A stretch of DNA of 64,000 nucleotides from Mobula hypostoma (GCF_963921235.1 NC_086097.1:105712001-105776000), one strand, 5' to 3'. Numbered from the stretch's first letter, positions 10,783-24,290 are shown. A program made the numbers and translations. Notes: a model not told the origin generated them from the sequence alone.

Positions 10783-13138
10783 ACCTTGACGGGACCAGTG
10801 TTGAGGAACAGTGGACGGCCTTCAGAGACGCTGTCTATACTACTGCCCTCGAACATCTCAGACCAGCAACCCGAAGAAACCAAGACTGGTTCGATGAGAA
10901 TGATGAAGAAATACAGGCACTACTTACGGAGAAACGTCAATATTACAGAACGCATCAGAACGACCCCACGTCGCTAGCCAAGAAAGATGCCTTTACCAAC
11001 GCAAGAAGAAAGGTGCAGAAAAAATTTCGCGAGATGCAGGACAGCTGGTTCAGCAAGAAGGCCGATGAAATCCAGGGCTATGCAGACAGCCACAACATAA
11101 AGCGCTTCTACGATGCGCTTAAGGCTGTATACGGACCCCAGTCCTCCGGCTCCTCACCTCTCCTCAACGCAGATGAGACGCAGCTGCTGGCAGAGAAGAA
11201 GCAGATTCTGGATCGGTGGGCTGAGCACTTTAACAACGTCCTTAACCGCCCTGCCGACATCAACGATGAGGCCATTGCCCGCCTGCCCCAGGTAGAGATC
11301 AACAAGAACCTCGACACCCTCCCCACAGTAGATGAAGTCAGGAAGGCAGTGAAGCAACTCTCTTGTGGCAAAGCACCAGGACCCGATGCAATCCCTGCTG
11401 AGGTATACAAAGCAGGAGGCCCTGTCATGATGCAAAAGCTGACTGTTCTCTTCCAGTCCATGTGGAAAAAGGGACAGGTCCCGCAACAGCTGAAAGATGC
11501 CAGCATAGTCCACATCTACAAGAGGAAAGACGACCGCCAGTCTTGCGACAACCACCGAGGCATCTCCCTCTTGTCCATTGCGGGGAAGATTCTGGCCCGT
11601 GTCCTGCTCAACCGCCTTCTCCAACATCTTGAGCAAGGTCTGCTCCCAGAAAGACAGTGCGGCTTCCGTGCTGAACGTGGGACCGTGGACATGATTTTTG
11701 CTGCGCGCCAACTCCAGGAAAAATGCCAGGAGCAACACAGCGACCTCTTCGTGACCTTTGTCGATCTAACCAAGGCTTTCGATACGGTCAGCAGAGAAGG
11801 CTTGTGGAAGATCATGGAGGAGTTTGGCTGCCTCAGCAAGTTCATCACAATGGTCCGGCAGTTCCACAAAGGTATGATGGTGAAAGTTCTGGATGACGGC
11901 GACGAGTCGGAGGCCTTCCCAGTGACAAATGGCATCAAACAAGGCTGCATTCTTGCCCCGACTCTGTTCAGTATGGTGTTCTCTGCCATGCTGACAGATG
12001 CCTTCCGTAATTACGAAGAAGGAATCCACGTCAGGTACAAGACTGACGGCAGGTTGTTCAACCTTAGGTGCCTGCAGGCAGTTACAAAGGTGCAAGAGAC
12101 TGTCATCAGAGACTTCTTGTTTGCTGATGACTGCGCACTCAACGCCAGCACAGAGCAGGAGATGCAGCGTGAAATGGACTGCTTCTCACAAGCCTGCGAC
12201 AACTTCGGTCTCACTATCAGCACCAAAAAGACCGAAGTTATGTACCAGCCTGCCCCAGGGAAAGCCATACCAGGAGCCGCGCATCACGGTGAAGGGCCAG
12301 AACCTCCAGGCAGTCGGCAACTTCACCTACCTGGGCAGCATACTCTCTCACACAGTGAATATAGACGCTGAGGTCAACAACAGGATTGCCAAAGCCAGCG
12401 CCGCCTTTGGGAGACTCCGTAAGAATGTCTGGGAGCGGAGAGGACTTGGCCTTACCACCAAGCTGAAGGTCTACTGTGCAGTGGTCCTTACCACCCTCCT
12501 TTACGCCAGCGAGACCTGGACTGTCTACAGCAGACACGCCAAACAGCTCATCCACTTTCACCTGAGCTGTCTCCGCAGACTCCTCCACATCAGGTGGCAG
12601 GACAAAGTCCCCGACACGGAAATCCTGGATCAAGCTGGGCTGTGCAGCGTCTACACCTTCCTGCTGAAAGCCCAAGCCAGGTGGGCTGAACCTGTGGTCA
12701 AAATGCCAGACAGCCGATTGCCTAAGCAGCTGCTGTACGGAGAACTGTGTCAGGGCAAGCGCTCAGTCGGGGGACAGAAGAAACGTTACAAAGACTGCCT
12801 CAAAGCGTCCCTCAAAGGCCTGGATGTCGACATCAACACATGGGAGACGCTTGCCCTCGACCGTCCAGCTTGGCGCAGCAAGATCACCACAGGAGCCCCT
12901 GCAGCTGAAGTCAGGCGCATCATCGAGGCGCAACGAAAGCGTGCTGTGCGCAAGGCCCGAGCAGCATCCACTGCCACGACAGCACCCACCCACTTGTGTC
13001 CCACATGTGGGCGAGCCTTCAGGGCCCGGATTGGCCTCATCAGTCACCTCCAGACCCACAGCCACCAATCTCCCATTTGACTTCGAAGCCATGATCATCT
13101 TTGACTACGAAGGACGAACAACAACAACATAACATAAC
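10783..13138 (+). mobile_element. RTE-clade LINE, 5'-truncated, young; RT with one frameshift near 12255-12265
   Basis: ORFs 11013-12371 and 11998-13080 contain GKAPGPD.IPAE, NHRGISLLSIAGK, QCGFRA.RGTVD, FVDLTKAFD, KQGC.LAP.LF, LFADD and a C-terminal C2H2 finger CPTCGRAF..RIGLISHLQTH. It has an (AAC)n/(ACATA) tail and a TSD ACAAGTA at 10776-10782 and 13139-13145. Confidence 0.92.
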
Positions 13139-15308
13139 ACAAGTAGGTTTACAAGTAGATGATGGGTGTAACATGAATGTGAGGAAGGACAAGCCAATGA
13201 TTGGGTACAAATGCAGACTGAGCAAAGGGCTAAATTATACCACATAGGCAAAATTCAAAAGGGCGAAGAATGCAGGACTGAGGGTGCTGTATTTAAATGC
13301 CTGCAGCATGTGGAATAAGGTGGATGGACTCGTGGCAAAATTAGAGATTGATCGCTATAATGTTGTGGGCATCACTAAGTCATGGCTGAAAGAAGACCAT
13401 AGTTGGGAGCTTAACATCAAAGGATATATTTTGTATCAAAAGGACAGGCAGGAAGACATAGGTGCTGGTGTGGCTTTGATGGTAAGAGATGGAATTACAT
13501 CTTGAGAAAGGGGTGACATAGGGTCAGAGATTGTTGAATCTTTGTGGGTGGAGTTAAGAAACTGCAAGGGTAAACAAAACATTATGGGTATCATATATAG
13601 GCTTCAAATAGAAGCCAAGACGTGGGGTTGAGATTGCAAAGGGAGCTGGAAATGGCAAGTCATAAGGGTAATAACACAATTGTAACGAGGGACTTCGATA
13701 TGCAAGGGGATTGGGAGAACCAGGTTGGTGTTGGATCTCAGGAGAGGGAATTTGTTGAATGCCTATGAGATGGCTTTTTAGAGCAGTTTGTGGTTGAGCC
13801 TACTTGGGGAAAGATTATCTTGTATAATAACTCAGATCTTATTAGGGAGCTCGATGTAAATGAATCCTTAAGAGGTAAGATCATAATATGATTGAATTCA
13901 TACTGCAGTTTGAGAGGGAGGAGTATAAGTCAGATGTATCAGTGTCACAATGGAATAAAGGGAATTACAGAGGCATGAAAGAGGAGCTTGCTCAGGTGGA
14001 TTAGAGGGGGATACTGGTGGAGTTGATGGCAGAACAGAGGTGGCTGAAGTTTCTGGGAATAGTTCACAAGGCGCAGGATAGATATGTCCCACAGAAGAAA
14101 TTGTTCTCAAGTGGCAGGGGTAGGCAACCATGGCTGACAAGGGAAGTTAAGGACTGCATAAAAGCCAAGGAAAGGGCATATAAGGTAGTAAAAGTGAGTG
14201 GGAAGTTGGATGATTGGGAAGTTTTTAAAATCCAGCAAAAGACAACTAAAAGAGCTATAAGAAGGGAAAAGATGAAATATGAGGGCAAACTAGCCAATAA
14301 TATAAGACAGGGTATTGAAAATTTTTGTTATATAAAGAGTAAAAGGGAGGTGAGGGTTGATAATGGCCCCACTGGAATATCATGCTGGTGGTGTAGTAAT
14401 GGGGGACAAAGAAATGGCAGATGAACATAATATGTGGAAGACACTAGCAGTGTGCCAGAGGTCTGTGAGTGTCAGGGAGCAGGAGTGAGTGCCATTGCTA
14501 TTACAAAGGGAAAAGTGTGAGGCAAACTGAAAGGTCCTGAGGTGGATAAGTCATCAGGACCAGACAGACTACATCCCAGATTTCTGAAAGAGGTTGCTGA
14601 AGAGATAACAGATGTAATGGTTATGATCTTTCAAGAATCACTTGATTCTAGCATGGTCCCAGAGGACTGGAAAATTGCAAATGTCATTCCACTCTTTAAG
14701 AAGGGAGGAAGGCAAAAGAGAGGAAATTATTGGCCAGTTAGCCTCAACTCAGTGGTTGGGAAAGTGTTGGAGTCCATTATTAAGGATGAGGTTTTGGGAT
14801 GCTTTGAGACTAATGATAAAATAAGTCAAAGTCAGCATGGTTTCTGTAAAGGGAAATCTTGCCTGACAAATCTGTTAGCAAGTCCTTCGAAGAAGTAACA
14901 AGCAGCGCGGACGAAGGAGAGGCAGTGAATGTCATTTGCTTGGATTTTCAGAAGGCATTTGATAAGGTGAAGCTGCTTAACAAGATAAAATCCTATGACA
15001 TTTCAGGAAAGATACTGTCATTGATAGAGGAATGGCATACAGGAAGGAAGGAGGCAACGAGTGGGAATAAAAGGGGCCTTTTCTGGTTGGCTGCCAGTGA
15101 CTAGTGGTGTTCCTCAGGGGTCAGTATTGGAGCCACTACTTTTTACATTGTTAATGATTTGGATAATGGAATTGATGGCTTTGTGGCAAGGTTTGAAGAT
15201 GATACGATGATAGGTGGAAGGGTAGGTAGTGCTGAGGAAGCAATGCAATTGTAGCAGGACTTAGACAATTTGGAAGACTGGGCAAAAAAGTGGCAGATGG
15301 AATACAGT

Positions 15309-15437
15309 AACACGAGGAAATCTGCAGATGCTGGAATTTCAAGCAACACACGTAAAAATTGCTGGTGAACGCAGCGGGCCAGGCAGCATCGATAGGAGGA
15401 GGTACAGTTGACATTTCGGGCCGAGACCCTTTGTCAG
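15309..15437 (-). mobile_element. Penelope pLTR 3' fragment inserted in CR1 RT
   Basis: Antisense match to 1967-2094 with a mutated hammerhead core. It breaks CR1 between GAATACAGT and ATGATAATGCATTTTGG. Confidence 0.8.
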
Positions 15438-17837
15438 TATGATAATGCATTTTGGTAAAAGGGATGATGATGCAGACTATTATCTAAATGGGGAGAAGGT
15501 TCAAACATTAGAGGTGCAGAGGAATTTGGGAGTCATCGTGTAATGCTCCCAGAATGTTAATTTACAGGTTGAGTCTGTGGTAAAGAAGGCGAATGCAATG
15601 TTGCCATTTATTTCGAGGGGAATAGAATATAAAAACAAGGAGATAATGCTGAGGCTTTATAAGTCACTAGTCAGGTCACACTTGGAGTATTGTCAACAGT
15701 TTTGGACCCCATATCTCAGAAGGGATGTATTGTCATTGAAGAAAGTCCAGAGGAGGTTCACGACGATGATTCCGGAATGAGGGGTTTAACATATGAGGAG
15801 CGTTTGGCAGCTTCAGGCTGGAATTTAGAAGAATGCAGGGGGGATCTCATAGTAACCTACTGAATGTTGAAAGGATTAGATAAGGTGGATGTGGAGAGGA
15901 TGTTTCCTGTGGTGGTGGTGGTATCCAGAACCAGAGGGCACAGCCTCAAAATTGAGGGGCAACCCTTTAGAACAGAGGTAAAGAGAAGTTTTTTTTAGCC
16001 AGAAAGTAGTGAATCTGTGGAACGCTCTGTCACAGACTGCGGTGGAGGCCAAGAAAGTGGGTATATTTTAAGCCAAAATTGGTAGTTTCCTGATCAAACA
16101 GGCATCAAAGGTTATGACAAGAAGGCAGGTGTATGGGGGGGGGTACGGGATCAACTATGGTGGAGTGGAATCGATGGACTGAATGGCCTAACTCTGCTCC
16201 GATGTTTATGATCTTATGGCCAGAATTATAGAGGAGAGTGGTAGGCACTCAATCATTAGACATCCCAGGTTGTGGGAATAAGAGTAGGAGAAGAATACTA
16301 AGTCCAAGAACCACAAAGAGCTTATCATGAGACATACAGTAGACCCACACCTTTTTCCTCTCTGGAAAAAAAAAATGTATATTATTAAATAAGTAGTGCA
16401 AAAAGAGAGCCAAAAAATAGTGAGGTAGTGTTCATGTTCAGCATGTTCAGAAATCTGATGGAGGGGAAGAAGCTGTTCCTGAAACTTGTCTTCAGACAAT
16501 AGTGTGTGTCTTCAGACTCCTGTACCTCCTCCCTGATGTTAGCAGTGAGAAGGGGTCATGTCCTGGGTGATGGAGGTCCTTCATGATGTCACCTTTTTGA
16601 GGCATTGCCTTTTGAAATATCTTTGATGCTGGGGAGACTAGTAATGCAATCCGGTGCAGCTAGATGATGATCCATCCAGTGAGTAGTTAAAATACTCCAC
16701 AGTACATCTGAAGAAATTTGATTGACATATCAAATCTTCTTAAACTCCAAATGATATACAGCTGCTGGCATGTCTTCTTTATAATTGCATCAATATGCTG
16801 GGCCCAGGATAGATTCTCTGAGATGATGACACCCAGGAACTGGAAACTGCTCACCCTTTCCACTGCTGATCCTTCAGTAAGGAGTTGTGTGTGCTCCCTC
16901 GACTTCCCCTTCCTGAAGTCCACAATCAATTCCTTGGTCTTACATTGAATGCAGATTTGTTGTTTCGAAACCACTGGATCAGCTGATCTATCTTGCCTCC
17001 TCGTTACCATCTCAGATTCTGCCAACACCAGTTTGTCATCGGCAACTTTATAAATTCTGTTTGAGCTGTGCCTAGCCACCCAGTCATGAGCATAGAGAGA
17101 CTAGATCAGTGGGTTAAGCACCCATCCTTAAGGTGAGCCAGTGTTAATTGACAGTGAAGAGGAGATGTTATTTCCAATCTCTACTGACTGTGGTCTCCCA
17201 GTGAGAAAGTCAAGGAAGGAGGTACAGAGGCCCAGGATTTGGAGCTTTTTGATTCGAACTGAGAGTGTGATTGTGTTGAATACTGAGCTATAATCAAAAA
17301 GCAGCTGCCTGATGTACGTTTTGCTGTTAGTGAGGTGGCCCAAGGCTGAGTGGAGAGCCAGTGAGATTGTATCTGCTGTAGACCTGTTGTGGTGATGGGC
17401 AAAGTGCAGTGGGTCCATGACCTTGCTTATGCAGGAGTTGTTTCTGACCATGACCAATCTCTCAGAGCACTTCACAGTGGATGTGAGAGTAACCAAGTGA
17501 TAGATGTTTAGGCATCAAATCCTGCTTTTCTTGGGCACTGCATGATTGATGCCTTTTGGAACCAGATGGGAACTTGCAACTGCAACAGTGACAGTTTGAA
17601 CACTGCCGCTAGTTTGTTGGCACAGGTTTTCTGTGCCTGATAGTACAACATTGGATCCTGGCAGCTTGCCAGGGTTCGCCCTCTTGGAAGAAGTTCTGTC
17701 ATTGGTCCTGAGTCAGAGATCACAGGATCACCAGGTGCTGCAGGGATTTGCACAGGTGTCGTTTTATTCTCCCTTTCAGAGCGTGAACAAAAGGCTTTGT
17801 GTTCATGTGGGAGTAAAACATCATAGCCATTTATGAT

Positions 17838-18210
17838 CGCAAACACGAGGAATTCTGCAGATGCTGGAATTTCAAGCAACACACATCAAAGTTGCTGGTG
17901 AACGCAGCAGGCCAGGCAGCATCTCTAGGAAGAGGTACAGTCAACGTTTCGGGCCGAGACCCTTCGTCAGGACTAACTGAAGGAAGAGCTAGTAAGAGAT
18001 TTGAAGGTGGGAGGGGGAGGGGGAGATCCAAAATGATAGGAGAAGACAGGAGGGGGAGGGATGGAACCAAGAGCTGGACAGGTGATAGGCAAAAGGGATA
18101 TGAGAGGATCATGGGACAGGAGGCCTAGGGAGAAGGAAAAGGGGGAGGGGGGGGGGAACCCAAATGCTGCCTGGCCTGCTGCGTTCACCAGCAACTTTGA
18201 TGTGTGTTGC
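17838..18210 (-). mobile_element. Penelope pLTR-only insertion with short inverted arm (~18163-18210)
   Basis: A 13-bp TSD AGCCATTTATGAT lies at 17825-17837 and 18211-18223. The sequence is homologous to 1790-2098. Confidence 0.9.
17939..17974 (-). ncRNA. Minimal hammerhead ribozyme in Penelope pLTR
   Basis: The reverse complement reads AGTC CTGACGA A GGG TCTCGG CCC GAAA CGTT GACT (GUU triplet). Confidence 0.7.
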
Positions 18211-20199
18211 AGCCATTTATGATGTTATTTTTTGCCTTGTCGGAAGTAATGGCCTTTGGCAAATCCTGCCAGATTCAGTTGGAATTGTTTTCCACTCTTA
18301 ACATAGCTTTCCATTCTTAAGTTGTATCTGCAATTCTTGTATAGTTCTGGATCACCAGTCTTGAATGCCACAGATCTAGTCCTCAGCAGAATGCGAATCA
18401 CCTGGTTCATTCACAGCTTTTCGTTTGTGGGGTATGTCTGGTATGTTCTCAAAGGCACATACTCATCCACACGTCTTGATAAAGTCAGTGACAACTATGG
18501 CATCTCTGAGTATTGTCCATACATCAATTCAAAGCAGTCAGGTAAGTACTTCTCCACTTCCCTTGACCACGCCTTCATAGTCCTCACCACTGGTGCTATA
18601 GTCCTCAGCCTCTGCCTGTAATCTGCGAGGTGATTGGAGTTGCCAAAGTACTTTGGTACGGTAAGTGTGTTTGCAGATCACAGTGTGCAGCTCCCCTAGT
18701 GCATGCCTGACATTGGCTGGGGTGGAGTATACACCACTACCAGGAGGATGGTGGAAAACTCCCTCGGCAGAAAAAATGGATGACTCTTGACTGCTAGATG
18801 TTTCAGGTTGGGTGAGAAGGACTGAGACAAAACCACTGTGTCTGCACCACGATGAGCTGATCATGAAGCACACTTTGGCCCCTCTACCTTTAAGAGACAT
18901 CGCTGTCTTGTCCATGCAGTGGATGATGACTAGTGTGGGTGGTCACCTTTACTATGCAAACCTGTTTTCTTCACCCAGCATTTGGTTCTGACAATTTCAC
19001 ACTAAACACTCTCCCAGATAGAATTCCACTTCCAGCCTGAAGGATTCCTGTGATGGAGGAGTTACTGCAATCCCCAGAGAATGTGACAAACATATTGTGC
19101 CATTTGACTTTTTTTGTTAAATGTTTTCCGGCTTATGTTAGTCTCTGTTGATTGTTAAATAAGAGGAAATTAAGCATTGCTTTTTTACTGTGTTGAAATT
19201 AAAAGTAAGACTTCAGGGTTCCCAAGGGATTTGTCTTTTCAAAGCAACACTGAAACCACACTCAACTATCTGTTTAAAGAACTTAAAAGGCAGTCGACAC
19301 AATAACTCCTTCCCTGGGATATGTTTTCCAAAAGTTAGCTATTGTTGCATTTGCATGTTAGGTATATTTAGGAGTATATTCTTGTCTGTAGATTAAATCT
19401 GATTTGTGATCTTCAAACAGAGCTTTCTTTTCATTTGTTTGCAAGACTACATCTGCCAGCATCAGCAGTAAGGGAGCAATTGCTGGGGCTATGATCCTAA
19501 AAGGGTTGAATGATAAAGAGTAAACTAGCTTCCATTCCCAGTAAAATTCCCATAATTTAGCACCCTCGGGTCTTTGGTGCTGGACTAATAGGTTTTCTGG
19601 AGCATTGGATATTTATCCTATTCCACAGCACACTGTTAATTCATGCTTTAAGGGTGTTTGTTAGTGATAAAAATTTTAAGTAAATTAAATGAGTTTAAAA
19701 CGTGCAGTAAAATAAACAAGTGTGTTTATAAGGAGTGTGGAAAGAGGATCCTTCGTGTTTATAAGGAGGGTGGGAACGAGGTCAGCAGTTTATGCAGGTG
19801 TGGTGTTGAACCTCCAGAGAATGAAGCTGCTGAATAAATAACAGAAAACAAAAGGTATGTTAAATCAAATTTTTACATCGGTTTTAGAATCAGAGTCTTG
19901 TACCTTGGAAACTGCTTTGTCCATTTGGTGCCCATCCGTATTAACCCCATTCCATATCCTTGTATGCCTAGGTGATTTAGGTTCTTGTCATTTTAATACT
20001 GCCATTGACTACTTCCACTACTCCTATCTAGCAGTGCAGTCCAGATACTCTGGGTGAAAGAGGACCCTATTAGGTCCCTTCCAAATCTTTTACCCCTTAC
20101 CTTAAACCTGTCCTCCAGTTTTATTCACCTCTAAGGAGAAAAGAGTAAACTGCAGGAAAACTAAGAATGATCCCTCATAATTTTTATATACCTCAATCT

Positions 20200-20545
20200 T
20201 TTCATCTTTAACATCTTTTTTATTAATTATTATTAAAGATCAACAAAAATACATTAAGGTAATCAAGTCAATATGTCAATATGTATAATGAAGAATTAAA
20301 TTAGCAAGTAACTGATTAACAAAGCTAAGCAATATACCAATAATAAGAAAAAATAGTGTTAAGAATATTTTTTGAAAGAAAAAAGAAAAACCCCTACTAA
20401 CTAAAAAAAAACCTGTAAAAACCCCCATTGGGAGCACAACCCCGGAGCTATACGTCATACAAGCTTCCATAAAAGAAAAACGTCGATCTGCCAACTCAAA
20501 TCCATTTAAACAAAAATCGGAAGGAAACCATATGAACTCAAATCT
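20200..20545 (-). mobile_element. Possible L1-type 3' end fragment
   Basis: T-rich tail-like left end on the + strand and an AT-rich body, interrupting an older CR1-like relic. The family assignment is tentative. Confidence 0.4.
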
Positions 20546-20869
20546 ATTTTCTCTACAATTTCTGAAGTCTTAAAAATTAATTTACAACCTAATAAATTGA
20601 CAGTTTTGTTTGGTATAATCCCTCAATATATTCACAATATTTCTCTCAACAGACCAACATGTAATTGTATTCATTACATTATTGGCCAGAAGGGCGATTT
20701 TGTTGAAATGGAAAGATGCTTCTGCTCCTACTTTGATACAATGATTCTCTCAGGTGATGCTATGTTTGCAGAAAATCAGAAGTCGAACTTTTGATCCTCA
20801 ATTTGATTTTGAGAAAAGGTGGGGTCCATTTGCCTGCTACTATCATCTGATTTGAGTTCAATCTTAAGA

Positions 20870-21910
20870 CCACTCAAATAGAAGCAGAATTAGGCCATTC
20901 ACCCCATTGAGTCTGCTTCACCATTTGATCATAGCTGGTTTACTTTCTCTCTCAACCCCATTCTCCTGTCTTCTCTTTGTAACCTTTAATGCCCTTTCTA
21001 ATCAAGAACCTATCGACCTTTGCTTTAAATATACCATGTGACTCGGCCTCCCCAGCCATCTGTGGCAATGAATTCCACAGATTCCACACACTCTGGCTAA
21101 AGAAATTCTTCTTCACCTCTGTTCTAAAGGTACAACCTGTCCTTCTATTGAGGCTGTGCCGTGTGGTCCTCAACTTTCCCACTAATGGAAACATCTTCTC
21201 CACATATACTCTGTCTAGGACTTTCATTGTGTGATGTATTAACCCTTTCGTTCCTGGGATAATTCTCGTAAACCTCCTCTGGATCTTTCCAGTGCCAGCA
21301 CATCCTGTCTTAGATATGGGGCCCAAAACTGCTCACAACACTTCAAGGTGGTCTGACAAATGCCTTGTAAAGTCCTTGCTTTTATATCCTAGTCCTCTCA
21401 AAATTAATGCTAACAATTGTTAGCCTTCTTTATGATTGATTCAACCTATAAGTTAACCTGAAGGGATTTCTGCACTAGTCTCTTTGCTCCTCCAGTTATA
21501 GGAATCTGCTCTCTGTTTAGGAAATAGTTTATGCCTTTAATCCTTCTACCAAAATGCATTACCATACACTTCCCGATACTGTACTCCATCTGCCACTACT
21601 TTGTCCATTCTTGTAATTTGTCCAAGTCCTTCAGCAGTCTCCCTACTTCTTCAACACTTTCTACCCCTCCACCTATTTTTTGTAACATCCATGAACTTGG
21701 CCACAAAGCCATCAAATCTGTCATCCAGATTATTCACAAATAATGTGAAAAGTATTGGATTCAACACTGACCCCTACAGAAAACCACTAGTCACCAGCTG
21801 CCAACCAGAGGCACACTTTATTTCCACTTTTTGCCTTTTGCCTGTCAGCCAATCTTTTATCCATGCTGGTATCTTTCCTTAAGTACCATGGGCTCTTATC
21901 TTTCTAAGCA
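20870..21910 (-). mobile_element. CR1 LINE 3' portion
   Basis: Minus ORF with QRRFTRIIPG and FFSQSVWNLWNSLP, plus the CR1 tail. Confidence 0.8.
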
Positions 21911-22285
21911 TTTGATTTCATTATTTTTATTAACCAACAAAGCCACCTGCCCATCTGCCAGTACTTTCAATATGATGTGTATCATTGGATGTTAAGCACC
22001 CAGCTGTGAATATCCTTCAACTATGACTCTGTGATGCCCACAATGTTATACCTGTGTCTTTCTAATTGGGTTACAAGGCCATCTACCTTATTTTGCTCAC
22101 TGCATGCATCCAATATAAAACCACCCTTATTTTCAATTCTGTCTCCATACTGGCTAAAGTTAAAATGTTTTCCCTTTTTGTCTTGTACTTTATTCTGGAG
22201 ACTTAAGTAACCTGCCCTGCACACTCCTTCTCTTTTACTTTATCCATACTTTTCCAGGCTGTTGAACCCAACTTCCTGCTGGTTA

Positions 22286-23220
22286 GATCAGAATCAGGTT
22301 TATTATCACCAGCATGTGACGTGAAATTTGTTAACTTAGCAGCAGCAGTTCAATGCAATACATAATCTAGCAGAGAGAAAAAATAAATAAATAAAATAAA
22401 ACATAAATAAACAAGTAAATCAATTACGTATATTGAATAGATTATTAAGAAATGTGCAAAAACAGAAATACTGTATATTAAAAAAGTGAGGTAGTGTCCA
22501 AACCTTCAATGTCCATTTAGGAATTGGATGGCAGAGGGGAAGAAGCTGTTCCTGAATCGCTGAGTGTGTGCCTTCAGGCTTCTGTACCTCCTACCTGATG
22601 GTAACAGTGAGAAAAGGGCATGCCCTGGGTGCTGGAGGTCTTTAATGATGGACGCTGCCTTTCTGAGACACCGCTTCCTCAAGATGTCCTGGGTACTTTG
22701 TAGGCTAGTGCCCAAGATGGAGCTGACTAGATTTACAACCTTCTGCAGCTTCTTTTGGTCCTGTACAGTAGCCCCTTCATACCAGACAGTGAAGCAGCCT
22801 GTCAGAATGCTCTCCACGGTACAATTATAGAAGTTTTTGAATGTATTTGTTGACATGCCAAATCTCTTCAAACTCCTAATAAAGTATAGCCGCTGTCTTG
22901 CTTTCTTTATGACTACATCGATATGTTGAGACCAGGTTAGATCCTCCGAGATCTTGACGCCCAGGAACTTGAAGCTGCTCACTCTCTCCACTTCTGATCC
23001 CTCTATAAGGATTGGTACGTGTTCCTTCGTCTTACCCTTCCTGAAGTCCACAATTAGCTCTTTTGTCTAACTGACGTTGAGTGCCAGGTTGTTGCTGTGG
23101 CACCATTCCACTAGTTGGCATATCTCACTCCTGTATGCCCTCTTGTCACCACCTGAGATTCCACCAACAATAGTTGTATCATCAGTAAATTTGTAGATGG
23201 TGTTTGAGCTATGCTTAGCC
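22286..23220 (-). mobile_element. Rex1/Babar-type LINE 3' portion (well preserved)
   Basis: ORF 22506-23051 has VERVSSFKFLGVKIS.DL.WS.H, KKARQRLYF.R.LK and RFRNSFFPSAI. The TCAGAATCAGGTTTATT tail has the same form as the copy ending at 5743. Confidence 0.88.
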
Positions 23221-23430
23221 GTGAGAGCCCTGTCCATTGCCCCAGTTGTGCCGTGATTCCAGCACGGTTCTGATGGCAGCTTTCTCTTTCCCTCAATACT
23301 GGTGACAGTGTCTCATATTCAAACGCACTTCTCTCACACTAATATCTGAACCACTCATTTAACTCTCTGTTCTTATTAACCCTGTGCCAATTTGCATGTG
23401 GCTTAGGTAACAATCAGAGAATATTATATA

Positions 23431-24290
23431 CAGTGGCATGCAAAAGTTTAGGCACCCCAGTCAAAATTTCTGTTACTATGAATAGCTAAGCGAGTAAAAG
23501 ATGAACTGATTTCCAAAAGGCATGGAGTTAAAGGTGACACATTTTTAAATATTTTAAGCAAGAAAACTTTTTTATTTCCATCTTTTACAGTTGCAAAATA
23601 ACAAAAAAAGAAAAGGGCCCGAAGCAAAAGTTTGGGCTCCCTGCATGGCAATACTTAGTAACACCCCCTTTGGCAAGTATCACAGCTTGTAAACGCTTTT
23701 TGTAGCCAGCTAAGAGTCTTTCAATTCTTGTTTGGGGGATTTTCGACCATTTTTCCTTGCAAAAGGCTTCTAGTTCTGTGAGATTCTTGGGCTGTCTTGC
23801 ATGCACTGCTCTTTTGAGGTCTATCCACAGATTCTTGATGATGTTTAGGTCAGGGGACTATGAGGGCCATGGCAAAACCTTCAGCTTGCGCCTCTTGAGG
23901 TAGTCCGTTGTGGATTTTGAGGTGTGATTAAGTTCATTATCCTTTTGTAGAAGCCATCCTCTTTTCAGCTTTGGCTTTTTTACAGACGGTGTGATGCTTG
24001 CTTCCAGAATTTGCTGGTATTTAATTGAATTTACTCTTCCCTCTACCAGTAAATGTTCCCCGTGCCTCTGGCTGCCACACAAGCCCAAAGCATGTTCAAT
24101 CCACCCCCGTGCTTAACAGTTGGAGAGGGGTTCTTTTCATGAAATTCTGCACCCTTTTTTCTCCAAACATACCTTTGCTCATTGTGGCCAAAAAGTTCTA
24201 TTTAAAAAGTTCGAAGGAACATCTAAACAAATCTGATGCATTTTGGAAACAAGTCCTGTGGACTGATGAGGTTAAAATAGAACTTTTTTA
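23431..24290 (-). mobile_element. Tc1/mariner DNA transposon, right-hand part (one TIR + transposase C-terminal relic)
   Basis: The terminus is TA|CAGTGGCATGCAAAAGTTTAGGCACCC, with an inner repeat CAAAAGTTTGGGCTCCC at ~23625. Transposase motifs are VLWTDEVKIELF, LQKDN..NH.SK, WPS..PDLNII and L.AVI.AKGG.TKY. Confidence 0.88.

Larger units (their letters stand above)
9905..16220 (+). mobile_element. CR1 LINE (APE + RT, decayed) hosting nested insertions at 10015-13145 and 15309-15437
   Basis: Motifs seen are LYLNACS.WNK, VVGITKSWL, VPEDWKIANV.PLFKKG, QHGFCKGKSCLTNLL, DFQKAFDKV and YCQQFW.PYLR.D. The CR1 3' end is at ~16180-16220. Confidence 0.85.
16380..18660 (-). mobile_element. Rex1/Babar-type LINE relic
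   Basis: Minus-strand ORFs carry KTKELIVDFRK, DPLHFA, QLLFDYSSVFNTI and PAAPGDPVIS. It is interrupted by a Penelope insertion. Confidence 0.8.

Noticed and set aside
19721..19785. Two ~33-bp direct repeats (GTGTTTATAAGGAG...GAGG)
   Set aside because: Only two degenerate units are present. This is a simple local duplication, not an array or CRISPR.
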